From the NCBI GenBank assembly GCA_002269645.1, contig NIVC01001186.1, positions 247,293 through 311,292 of the forward strand: a stretch of DNA of 64,000 nucleotides. Reading direction: 5' to 3'. Each line of letters opens with the position of its first letter. Position 1 is the first letter of the stretch. Shown piece after piece: positions 11,561-23,633 of the stretch. The DNA is from Macrostomum lignano (taxonomy: Eukaryota). The notes below the pieces were generated by a model, which worked only from the letters and a program-made list of their open reading frames with translations, ran no database searches and was not told where the DNA came from. The position numbers and the translations under genes are program-made.

Positions 11561-14116
11561 TAATATGCGGTCCAAAAAATAAAATCTAAACAAGACTAAA
11601 TAAAAACTGAAATGACATTGAACTCCATAGACAAAGTCGCTTTTGGTATAGACCTTGTCAGACCAAATGCTATTATCTAGACTTAGACAAAGGCAAACTG
11701 AGAATGGTGTCTTGTATCACTTGGCATAACGCGATAGAGAGGGGAGAAGGGGTTACAGAGCCATCTGTTCCACAAAGTTGGAAGGCAATGACGCAGAAAG
11801 AAACAGACAAGGAGGCGTCACATGAGGCGTCACCCAACCCACGTGATCGAAAAACACTTGCGCAATGGCCCTGGTCGCGGCTCGCTCGATCAAAGAGCGG
11901 CCCTATAAAAGATAGGACCAAGGAGGACTAGAACGAGCATTTGGAGTTCATTTATTTCTACTGTAACTCAGTTTAATCGTTTTGACATTATCCAAAAATT
12001 GAGCATAGATTAATAGTGCCTTTAATTTAAGAGAATTTGGTTAACTTGAACTCAGGATAATCAAGTTTTTAATCTCCATGGATAGACCACGGTCAACAAG
12101 AAGAAAAAGGAAGGTTAGGCAATATTTAGAGGGAGAGTACTGATTACTAACTGACTGAATTTCAAATACTAATCTCCTAAAATAAAGACAGGGAAGGTTA
12201 AGAATGACAATCTTTACTGTAAACCAAGGCTAATTCAGTCAAATGTGGGCAATTAGACAATCCAAGCAATAAGTTTATCTTAACTATAAAAGACAAGCTA
12301 CAAAAAAGCAATTAGAAAACTGTGACAATACAAAACCTATGAAATTCTGATGTCTGATTTCAAGGCTCTAAAATCTTTCAAAGTTAAAATTAGATGCAAA
12401 ACCATTATATCAATTGCTACATTCCCATAACTAAAATACAAATATATTGCTTCATTATAAATGATGAACAAATGTCATACATAGACAAATGTCAATTGTT
12501 GCTAGCATCCAAAATTTTAGGATTGAGATCCTATCCTACCTCTAGTCATGTCTTAGCTTATAGTAAAGATAAAAATAGAAATATTAAGGATTAGATCCCA
12601 GGGTTTAGACAAAATTGAGTGGTCAAAATTGCATTGAACTTTTACTTTGATATAATAGACTTAATTCTACACCTTTATTTGGAGTCACTATAGTAGCCTA
12701 AGTTCATTGCATCTACTCACTCATGCAACTAAACTATAAGTCATATAGCAAATCCCTTGCATATGCAGACATACCAGTATCTTAGATGGATATGTCATTA
12801 AGAATTTAAAGTCATTTTAATTATACAAGGCTAAGAGAAATGTGGTAAAGCACAAACATTTTGCTGATTCAAAAATAGCTTAATAAGAATGACTTGAAAT
12901 TTGATACACAACTATTCATCAATACACCAATTTACCTGCCTAAATGGCATTGAACTAAGTACTAATTCTTGTATCATTTCAGTTTAGGAAAAATTGTAAA
13001 CTTGTTCTACAATGAAGATATGCAATGGTGCTAACTCTGAAAGCTTGCTACTTTGGTTTAATAGCCAAAGCAGAAAATTGAGGCTGAATGAATGAAGAAT
13101 GAATGAAATAGTGATGAATCAATAAGCAGAACTTTTCTGATAGCCCTTATAGCAACAGTACAATTTGTATCTAAATCATAACTTGGCTTATACATTGCAA
13201 TATATATATATGAACTTTAAAGTGATTTGACTCATGTCACTTCACTTATACAAAAGCAAATTAGAGTTTTATTTTTCTTTCATTAAAATTAATAAACAAA
13301 GTCTATAGCCTAAGTTTTTTATCACTAGCACTAAGACACAAAATTGCATTGGATGTCTAATTTCAAAATGTAATTTGGAAAGTCAAGATATTATATAATA
13401 TTAATGTTGTATTAAAAACTTAGCCTAGGCTTTTTGCTAGTACTAGGAGGCAAAATTTCAATTAAAGTCTTATTTGAAGATGCAATATTAAAAGTCAAGA
13501 TATTATAATATCCCTATCATATAAAAAATAAACTTAGTACACAGTTATGATTGCTAATTTTAAACAGGCTTGATATAATAGTTAAGTGAAGGCTATTATA
13601 TTACTGCAACAATATATTATCAATATGGCATATTAGAAATTTGTGGTATACTAAATAGCCAAAAGCATTTTCAAGTATATTATATATAACTATTAAATTA
13701 TCATAATGTTTATTATACTATTCAAATTGACTTTTAGTTAAAAAGATACATTAACTTAAGTAGTACATCTTTAAAGAATTTATCAGTATCAAGATATTAG
13801 ACAAAAAGGGTTCTCTATAGACTTATCAATATAGTTTTTAATATTAAATATGTTAATATATAATAATTCTAGTCTTAAACTTGGAGTTGAAGATAAATCT
13901 AAATATACTAAATAAGATTATAAACCTATTTAATCTTCACATTCAAAAATTATTTTTTTTTGAAAAAAATTTAATATATACTAGAGTTTCTAAGAGCTTT
14001 TTACTAGAAATTAAAAAGGTTTTCACATGTCTAACTTTCATAAGGGATTTTAATTTTTAATAGGATTGTTAGTTGGATCTTATATTTTTGATAAAATACT
14101 ATAATCTAAGCCACAA

Positions 14117-14192
14117 GGGGGCTGTAGCCCAGCGGTCTAGCGTAGGCTCTGGTGTGCCAGGGTGCACACAACCTCCCTGCCTCTAATAAAAA
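14117..14192 (+). mobile_element. 76-bp tRNA-headed retroposon (mini-SINE) with an A-tail and a 14-bp target-site duplication
   Basis: aatctaagccacaa occurs at 14103-14116 and 14193-14206. The insert begins gggggctgtagcccagcggtctagcg (tRNA 5' arm/A-box-like) and ends aataaaaa. Confidence 0.7.
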
Positions 14193-14545
14193 AATCTAAG
14201 CCACAATTAGGATAATGTTTGCTAAAAATTCTAGCATGTAAAGCCTTTTTAGACTAATACCTTGGCATATATATTTTCAAAGATATCTTTGCAATGCATA
14301 TGGTAAAATGTATAATACAGTGGCAGTATAATATAGTAAGCAGGCATATAGCTAGGATTCACATCAAGGAGGAGGGGCAAAGATATCAATCCATCACTGA
14401 TATTATTGATAAAAGCAAAATAAAAAGGTAAGGCATGTCTTTAGTATCCCTCCTGGCAATGCTTTTAATAGTGAATATAAAATAATAAAATATTTGAATA
14501 CAATAATTTCATTATTTTTAATATATAACTGCAATATGTAGTTAT

Positions 14546-15090
14546 TAGGGATTGCAATCCCAGGATCCCAGAATCCTGAAATCCTGGGATTAGGCCCAAA
14601 TCCTAGGATTTCCAGTCTCGGGATTTAGGGTCTTAAATCCCGGGACTAATTTTTGTTATTATTTTTACAAAAAGTGCTGTAATAAGAACATAATTGGGTC
14701 CAAAACTAGTTTATTATACTGCATTATTTTCTGTTAATTGTCTAATGTTGCGTGGCACCTTTGACCTTTATAAACCCCATATTACAGATTTAAATTTAAA
14801 ATTTATTCCAATATAAGTTTTCATATATGATTTGCTTCTTTATTACTAATTAGAACTTTTATACTATTTACTTAAATACTGTTCCAAGATAATGCTGTTT
14901 TTGATCTACAAATAGATCATTAACTCTATAACAATCAAAAATGGATGAAAAAACATTTAGCGTATATTTTGCCTAAAATTTCAACCCAGAAGCTTAAAAA
15001 TCAGTATTTTTTGATCCCAGGATTGGCCACATTCTGGGATTAAATCTTAGGATCCCAGGATTGCAAGAAACTGGGATTTTGCAATCCCTA
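14546..15090. mobile_element. hAT-type MITE
   Basis: TIR tagggattgcaa...ttgcaatcccta; 8-bp flanks gtagttat / atagttat (7/8 identical); repeated subterminal atcccgggat variants. Confidence 0.8.
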
Positions 15091-17262
15091 ATAGTTATGT
15101 AACAATATAGGACTATAGGACCCTTTCTTATATTACAAAATTTGGTCTTTTATATTACCAATAGCTAGGCCTATACCATATACTACTTCTATGGCACAAT
15201 TTTCTAGCAGATTGTTCAGATACCAGATACTTTACATAAACCAATTTTTCACATAAATTGTATGCCAGAATTTTTTGGTATTTATATAAAGATTTAGGAG
15301 TAAGGAACCACTAGAAGTTATCATCCTGTCAATATATTTGTAAATAATGTTTTTTATTTTCTTTAATTTTACCACTTTATTTTTTTGCACTGCAACTTTG
15401 TTAATTCATTTAGATAGCATTTGTTTAATATGTTGACTATAAAAATAACTTTCACTATTTATAGTCATTATAACAATAATGACGGCTAATTGATATAGAA
15501 AAGGAGCCTCCTCTTTTTTAACTACTAATACTATTTTTGCTACTATTATACTATTGTAATAATGCCATTATTGCTATAGTAAGCTAGAAACAATCCCAAT
15601 TGTAGCCAATTGCCATTATTATAGATAGCATAGAGAACTTATAGAAGATATATTCTCTGCTATTATAAAGTATTATCATCTTTTAGTATTAGTGCATATT
15701 CACGCGAAAAATATTTTGGAAATAAAATTATACTTAAATAGGCTAAGCCATTAGAACCAAAACTTCATTAGCCTAAGCCAAAGTTAAGCAAAGGCTAATT
15801 AATTAGTAACTATCACTTCATTTGGTTAATAATATAAAATTTTGCTATGTGAAAAAAAAGCCAAGCCTATTCACAGTTTAAAAAAATAAAATGGTTAATG
15901 ATATATTCATTATATTATTAAAATATTAAACTTAAGTAGGCCTAGAAAAAATGAACTAAACCAAACTAGGCCCTAGGCTTTTTTCTATTTCTTTTTTAGA
16001 ATTCCAGACTATGGGTAATGGAAATTACATTTTGATAAGTCTAGTCCTCCAGAACTTGAAAATGAAATTGTAAATGCTAAATGACCAATTTAGCATTAAA
16101 TAGGCCTATTTCCCAAAAATGCAAAACTTTCATAGTACTTATTGTAAAATTTTAAAAGGTCAAAAAGGTAAAAAAGAAATGATCCTAGATTATATAGTTT
16201 TTACTTTCAAGTTAAATCACATTTTGAGCATTATAAACAAATAGAATAAAGTAATTATTGCATAGAAACTACTAATGTTGAAACAAAATAATAAAAATAT
16301 TTGTTTAACAATTTGCAAGTTTTTTAACATTATCACAAATAACTAGCAATACATTAGGATACTAAATTTTTGATTTCACTGATTTGTAGAAAAATTTTAG
16401 AAGGCTAATTTTTTCACTTCAATATTTGTACAAAACAACACAAGTGACATAGGCCTACTCTAATTTAAGTGTGTTTGGACTTTTAATTCTTTTAGACTAA
16501 TTATAATTTTCTATTTTAATTTAATAATTGCAGTGCAAATGCACTAATCAAGTTATTTAAAGTCTTATGCAATGGTCTATCAATCAAATTCTAGCCATTT
16601 GTTGTCCTGGTATCTCTTTTCTCAATTGTTAACTGGTATTTTCAAGGCTGTTAAAAAATTATAATTTATTCTAATATTCTAATTTCTAAATGAGTATGAG
16701 TCAGGCCCTAGCAATACAAAACAAAAGTATACTTATAGTTATACTACTGTAAAAGTATAGCTACTTTAAAACTACAAGCGTACAAGGCAATTCTAGTAGC
16801 CTATGGCAACAAGAATAAGCCATACAAACTAAAAGTTGCTTGAATTATTCTACTTATTGTGACATTTTTATTTGAGGATTAACTGCATGGTTAACTCTAG
16901 ACTAGCACATGCTTTTTGTTTTTTTATTTTATCTGCTTACAGTGAGACTGTGAGAGGCCAGGTGCCTAAGCATATGCCTAGCACCTCAGCAGCACCTGGC
17001 CAGTGGCCAACCCTGTGGCTATGGCCATATATTATGATATGATTAGTGACTAGAATAAAACTAAAGTGACAAACAAATGTCAAAGTCCTTGTTTGACTTT
17101 GACATTACAAACAAATGTCAAATGCATTACCATTACAACATAAAAACTTAAAGCAAACAGTATAACAATAAACACTAAACTAAACATACTAATTGTAAAT
17201 ACTGCTTAAGCCTTCCTAGAGCTTTACTACCTAACTACCTTTAATTACAATTTGATGTCGAT

Positions 17263-17480
17263 GTATCCTCGGTTTTTTTGTGCGAATGGGTGCGAATAGC
17301 ATCCTGGTCTTAAAAATCGCACCCTGAAATTTGACTCAGGGTGCGAAAAACGCACCCAAATTATTGCAAGTTTTTGTCTGAAGCAGTGCAGCGCATCCTG
17401 GTCTTGAAAATCGCACCCTGAAATCTAGCACAGGGTGCGAAATCGCACCCAAGTTATGGACGAAAAAAAAACCCAGGATG
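17263..17480. mobile_element. Small MITE-like element with imperfect TIRs and an internal direct duplication of a gcaccctga...cagggtgc hairpin
   Basis: Ends read atcctcggttttttt and aaaaaaaaacccaggat; two copies of catcctggtctt(a/g)aaaatcgcaccctgaaat. Confidence 0.5.
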
Positions 17481-18881
17481 TATCACTGTATGAGTAAAAA
17501 TTATGAGGGTATTGCTAAAATTCATATTAGCGATCTAAGTTATGTTGTAAAATAATTTTGAATAGTGTTTAAATAATAAAATAAACAGTAAACAGCGTTT
17601 TTTATATAAACATTTTTTAATACGTAAGACCTGTTATCAAAGCTTTTTTACGTGGTAATATTATTCTTTATAAAAATTTGTTAAAACCGTTTTTAAATTT
17701 ATTTGACCAAACAATAAGATCATAGTTAAAGTCGATAATAAACTTCATTTTTCTGTTCGATTGCGATTGCAGCTTTGATCAAGCGGCCTTTATATTGCAG
17801 CCTTAGTTTTTTTCACCTGTTATCCGAAATTTTATGTTTATGCACATTTTGTCTGCATATTTACGTTATAATATAACGGGGAAAAATTATAAACCTAGAG
17901 CCTAGAGGCGGGTGAAGCGATCTCTTCGTGAGAATATACATTTACCATTTTTTAGTAATTTAGTAGGGCCTATCTAGGGCTAAGCATATTTTATTCTATT
18001 CAATAGAATCTACTTAGGCGGTGAGCCTTAGTGTACATTGATTGACATAGTATATACCAATGTAGGACCTTAAGAATTCGGATATGCACTGCTGCGTGCA
18101 TTCTGTAGGTTTTTCTTGCTTCTACTATGTAGTCTGTTATATCAGTGTAGCTTGCGTTGTAACTCGTAATGCTAGGTCTAAGCCTGTCTATTAGAGTCCA
18201 ACCAATCAATCAAGAATTAGATAGTATCTTACTATAAGTATATGCCTTTGTTGTCTTATAATATTCCTAATTTATTTCACTCATTAGGCCCTACTCAGCT
18301 GCCAGTCTGTTGCTAGAGCAGCAGTTGGTTCTTGGCCACACTCTGGATCATATAGTATATGCCCTAAAATTTGGGTTTTCATTGGCTTTGCATGTCAAAA
18401 GTTAGTTGTGCATAGTTGGCATGTATGACTTCTAAGTTTAAGAAAATAATAGGCCCTACTAATAGGCCTGTAAATGTATAAGCTTATCTAGTGTATACTT
18501 TTATAGAATCATATAGAAGAGTTGGTGTTGAGAAAACAAAGTATTGAAAAATTAATATTTATATATAAATTTCAAGTTGTCTAGTTTTTATGCTCAATCA
18601 CTTTAAATAAATGATAGTTTAGGCCTAATAATAGTTACGATTTAATTCATAGTTATTTATGTTAAAACATTGAAAAAATATTAGAAACAGGTAGAGTAAA
18701 ACAAAGATACTTTTAGTGAACTGTATTATTAATTTAGAAACTTTTAAAATATACCTAAAAAGTACAATTAAACACTAGCAAAGTCTAATTTTTATTGATG
18801 TGAAAAAGTTCAGCATTATTACTTTCAGTAACAATTAAGTGTTGTTGCTCTAAAAAAAGACAAAATATAATCTTACAAAGG

Positions 18882-19899
18882 CAATTGAGTGTTTCTTTTA
18901 TTTTCTAACTTAATTTGCAGTTGTTTAAGCACTAGGTTATCTTCTTGTTTCGAAATATTTTGTTTTCTAGACTTTTTGTTAAAACTATGGAACTATAGGA
19001 ATATGGTAATACACCTTTTCACGTTCAATTTTGAACAAAGTCCAGTTCTAAAAAAACTAGCGGAAATTCAATTCAGACAATTCAGACTGGGGACAATTTT
19101 GTCTATGGCTAAACCTCGCTTCCGTAGCAGAATGTTTTGAACTGGGGTTTGTTGCCCCAGTCTGAATTGTCTGAATTGAATTTCCGCTAGTTTTTTTAGA
19201 ACTGGACTTTGTTCAAAATTGAACGTGAAAAGGTGTATTAGGGTCCCTATGGCTATGGAATATTGAAAATTGGAATAAGCCATAGTTTTGCTTATGGCTA
19301 CGGCTATGGTACATGGACCCTCCTTTTGGTCGAACATTATTTGCAATATTTGCCAATTCCAATATATAGGCAATATAATTGGGCTCTATTACTTGGCTAG
19401 TCAACTACTTTGTTTTGCTATTTTTACTACATTTTATCTTTGACTTAGTGCCATTTGTCTTTGCCTTATGCTCTTACTAGCTTCTTATGCTCTTACTAGC
19501 TTGTCCAAATCTATCTTGATATGCCTTTATCTTAGCTTATCCTACCTTATTCTGCCCCATGTTGCTCTGCCCTAGCCAATTTTGCAATGAAAAAAGCTAT
19601 CTTCTTGATTATAAAATTTAATAATAGTCATTTTAATAGTAAGTATTTAATAGTGCTTTGCTATAATAAGGGTCTAAGTGTTATCACTATAGTTGTAAGC
19701 AAAACTATGGTATGGCTTATTCCAATTCTCTGTATTCTATAGCTATAAGGACCCAAAAATTATTATATTCCCATAGTTCTCATAACCATAGCCATATTTT
19801 TAACAAAAAATCTAAGAAACAAAATATTTTAAATTAGGAAAATAACCTAGTGCTTAAACAATTACAGATCAAGGTAAAAAATAAAAAAACACTCAATTG
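18882..19899. mobile_element. Foldback element with ~110-bp degenerate TIRs, carrying a nested MITE
   Basis: caattgagtgtttcttttattttc...gttgtttaagcactaggtta at the left end matches the reverse complement of 19790-19899. Confidence 0.7.
19007..19240. mobile_element. Young MITE with ~85-bp near-perfect TIRs
   Basis: taatacaccttttcacgttcaattttgaacaaagtccagttct...cagactgggg is mirrored exactly by ccccagtctg...gaaaaggtgtatta. Confidence 0.85.
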
Positions 19900-20891
19900 T
19901 CAACTACAGCTAAAATAAATCTGTGAAATATGACAACAACTATCATATTTTTATAGTTGTAGCTGTAAGAGCAGCTATCTACTATAGGCATATCTATAGT
20001 TGTCATAGGCACCTATTTTACTATATTTGCCATAGGATCTCGTAGCTGTAGCCATAGTATTTGAATCTTAATACAATAGATACCTAACTAATGGCAAGAG
20101 TAAGCACTGTACTTTATTTAACAATTATTTGTATATACTAACAACATTAAAAATTATCATTTTTTTAATTTAAAAGATGTGTGCATTGTGCTCTATTTTA
20201 TAATGTATAGTTTTTTATATTGTATGAAATTAAACCCAAGGCCTTTCACTCTATGCAATAGGGCTATTTATTTTAGACATAATGTGCAAGTGGTTTAAGC
20301 TTTAGATACTAAAAGACAAAGCATGCTATATTTTTGGAACCCAATCATTTTAAGACAATTTTAACATCTAAATAATTGTCTTCTAAAACTAATTTAGTAT
20401 ACAAGGTGCTCATTTATAAAAAAGTGCTAGAGTATAATAGGGTTTCTTAAATGCTTGAAATCTAAAAACAAAAAATGTTATACTTTATTGAAACCTGATT
20501 CCTTCAAGAATACTTAAGGATAATTTTTAAAACCTTATAATACCTTATATAAGTTATATTTTTAAAACAATTTTTAATTTTTTAAATTGTTATGCAAAAC
20601 TGATAATACATTGCCAAATTAACAAATATAATTAAATTTTTTATTATAGCCAGATCATAATTTATTGTATTGCTTGTATTTTATAGTAAGGCCAGGATTC
20701 CAACAAAAAATATGATATACCTAAATAACTAGGAATGGGAAACTACAAATTTGAAGGCCAATCTATTAATAACTTGTCCTCGAAAAGCATTACTTGAAAA
20801 GGTTTTACCACAGATGCAAACTCACTGACTACAAGGTCAATGCCTTTTTGCTTTTAGCTCTTTTAAACCAGTGAGGACTTATGGTAATGTA

Positions 20892-22228
20892 CAAGGGTTG
20901 TGTCATAAATTCGCTGACAACTGCAAATATCAAAGAAACAAAACAAAGAACAGCTAATTGTCAACATTGCACTTCTCAACATAGTCACCCCCAAGCTGCA
21001 CACATTTGTGCCATCTCTCTGGCAGCTTGCTGATGCCCTGTGCAAAGAATTCCGTGGGGGTCCCTCGTACCCACTGGCTGATGGCCGAGCTGAGTGCAGA
21101 AAGGCTTCCATAGTGATGGCCACAAAGAGGCTTTTTCATTTTAGGGAACAACCAGTAGTCACTAGGGGCCAGGTCAGGAGAATAGGCAGGGTGAGGCAGC
21201 AACTCGAAGCCTAGTCTCCTGATGACATCCATAGTTGCATTGCAGTTGCAGGTATGCGGCCTGGCGTTGTCCTGCTGCAGCACAGTGCCCCTGGTGATCC
21301 TTCCCTGGCACTCACTCTTGATCTTCTCACGCAGCCATTCCAATATTTCACAGTAGTACTGGGCATTGATGGTTCTGCCTTCAGGTAGCCACTCGATCAG
21401 CAAGATGCCTTCTCTGTCCCAGAACACAGTGGCCATGCGCTTACCTGCTGACTGCACCGCCTTGGCCTTGACCGGTGGGGGTTCGTGAGTAGCCTTCCAG
21501 ACGCTGCTCTGCTGTTTTGTTTCCGGTTCGTAGAAGTGAAACCACGTTTCATCACCAGTCACCAGGCGGCCAAGAAAGTCGGGCTCGTTTTGATAGGCGT
21601 TGAGCAGGTGGCGGCACATCTGACCCTCTCTTGCAGTTGGACAGGAGTCAGCAGTTTAGGGACCCATCGTGCAACAACTCGTGTCATATGCAGATGGTCG
21701 GAGATGATGCGATGAATGCTCTTCATTGGTATTGCCAACAAGTCCTCTAACTGCCTCAGGGTTGCTCCACGATCATCGTCCAGGGCATGCTGCACACGCT
21801 GGATGTTGTCACTGGAAGTGGATGACCGCGGTGCACCTGGACGGGGAGCATCATCAACTGTCTCCCAGCCGTCCTCAAAGCGCTGCACCCACTTTGACAC
21901 AGTTTGTTTCGAAGGTGCATCCTCACCAACGATTTGCAGCAGCTCGCGGTAAATATCAGCCTGCTTCTTCTGCTGCTTCCATAACGACCAAATGATAGTG
22001 CGCTTGGCAGCTTCACTTTTCTCCATACTGGCTAGAAGGGTGGTTTGAATGCCACTCGATTTCTGCCTTATCTCAAAAGCCAGAGGGAAGATTTTCCATA
22101 GACAGTAAGATCGATGGTGCCTTAGTCTGTAACAAAAATTCTGCCCCAAAGTACAAAAGAAACAGACACTATGTAAATTTGTCAAGAGTTAAAGCAAGTA
22201 TGTCAGCGAATTTATGACACAACCCTCG
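20892..22228 (-). mobile_element. Full-length mariner (Tc1/mariner) transposon, 1337 bp, flanked by TA
   Basis: 28-bp TIRs caagggttgtgtcataaattcgctgaca / tgtcagcgaatttatgacacaaccctcg with 1 mismatch; TA at 20890-91 and 22229-30. Confidence 0.95.
20954..22026 (-). pseudogene. Mariner transposase with a frameshift near 21620
   Basis: MEKSEAAKR...HTH...ARWVPKLL in one frame; VTGDETW, QQDNARPH and HPAYSPDLAPSD in another. A single missing A (gtc aga [a]tg tgc) would restore the frame. Confidence 0.9.
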
Positions 22229-22426
22229 TAATTGTAACTGCTTTTTCAATAATTCCAATAACATTGCCTGTTGAAGTGTTAAACTAATCAAATCAACTTA
22301 AATCCATTAATAGCAATTTATCTATGATCTTCACTTTTGTAATGCTATACTTACAGCATAAAAACAAAAAAGCCATGCACTCGATTAAAAAGGATTAACA
22401 TTTCTTTTCCAGAGCAAATAAGCAAA

Positions 22427-23633
22427 ATGATGGCTGGCAATGGTAACCGAGGCGACAAGGAGACTGAGCAGCTCAGAAAGCTGTTTATTGGCGGCCTGAC
22501 GCCAAACGTGACAGAAGACGATCTGAAGGGCCACTTTGGTCAGTGGGGCGAGCTTGTTGACGTGGTGGTGATGAAGGACAAGGTGTCTGGCCGGTCTCGC
22601 GGCTTCGGCTTCGTCACCTACAAGGACGAGTCGAGCGTGGATGACGCGCAGGCGAACCGGCCGCACGTGCTCGACAACAAGGAGGTGGACACGAAGCGGG
22701 CGATGCCCCGGGGTGACGCGAACAAGGACGAGAGCCACGTGAGAGTGGAGAAGCTGTTTGTGGGTGGTCTGAAGCCGGAGACCACCGAGGACGATCTGCG
22801 CGAGTATTTCGGCTCCTACGGTGAGGTTGCGTCAGCGGAGATTGCCGTGATGCGGGAGACTGGCAAGCCGCGCGGCTTCGGCTTCGTCACGTTCAAGGAC
22901 TACGATCCGGTGGACAAGGCGATTCTGTACAAGCCGCACAACATCGGCGGCAATCCGCGAGTGGACTGCAAGAAGGCCCTGTCCAAAGAGCAGATGGCCG
23001 AGGTGAAGGCTCGCCAAGCTTCCGGGTTCAACGTTCGCGGCGGCTTCGCTGGGCGCGGCGGCGGCGGCGGCGGCGGCTATGGGGGTGGCTACGGAGGCGG
23101 ATATGGCGGCGGCTATGGAGGCGGCTACGGTGGAGGCTACGGCAATGGGACCTATGCTGGTGGCTATGGCGACGGCGGCTACGGCGGTGGCTATGGCGAG
23201 GCTGGTTACGCCGGAGGTTACGCCGCCGGTGCCGACATGGGCGGCTACAGCGAAGGTGGTGAAGGCGCCTACGGCAATGGCGCAGCGGCTGGCGGCGGTT
23301 TCGGCTCCTACGGCAGCCAAGGTTACGCTGGCGGCCCCGCCAAGCCGGTTGGCGGATTCGGCGGCGGCCCGCAGCGATTCCAGCCGTACGGCGCCGGCGG
23401 CCGTGGTGGAGGTCGCGGACGCGGCGGCGGTGCCACTGGTGGGTTCCGGGGTGGTCGTGGTGAGTGTTGTTAGCGAGCCGGTAGGCTTAGTTTTTGGCGC
23501 ATTTATTTTCAATTGCAAAATTGCTGGTAAAGAATTGCGCTCAAAATTAAAACTCGCTATATGGGATTAAGATATTTTTGCTCTAATATTCATCTTGTAA
23601 ATTTCACCGCAAAATATTGCAGGCGGTTACTAA
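22427..23633 (+). CDS. HNRNPA1: hnRNP A1/A2-like protein, copy 1 (2 RRMs + Gly/Tyr-rich low-complexity domain); exons 22427-23459 and 23623-23633
   Basis: KETEQLRKLFIGGL, RSRGFGFVTY, KLFVGGL and RGFGFVTF; PY-NLS-like QRFQPY. Donor G|GTGAGT at 23460 and acceptor attgcag at 23622 give the ending RGGY*. The symbol marks the family, not proven orthology. Confidence 0.9.

Noticed and set aside
11780-11935. TATA-like ctataaaag with tandem gaggcgtcac motifs
   Set aside because: It could be a promoter or solo LTR, but there is no linked downstream exon or second LTR to support it.
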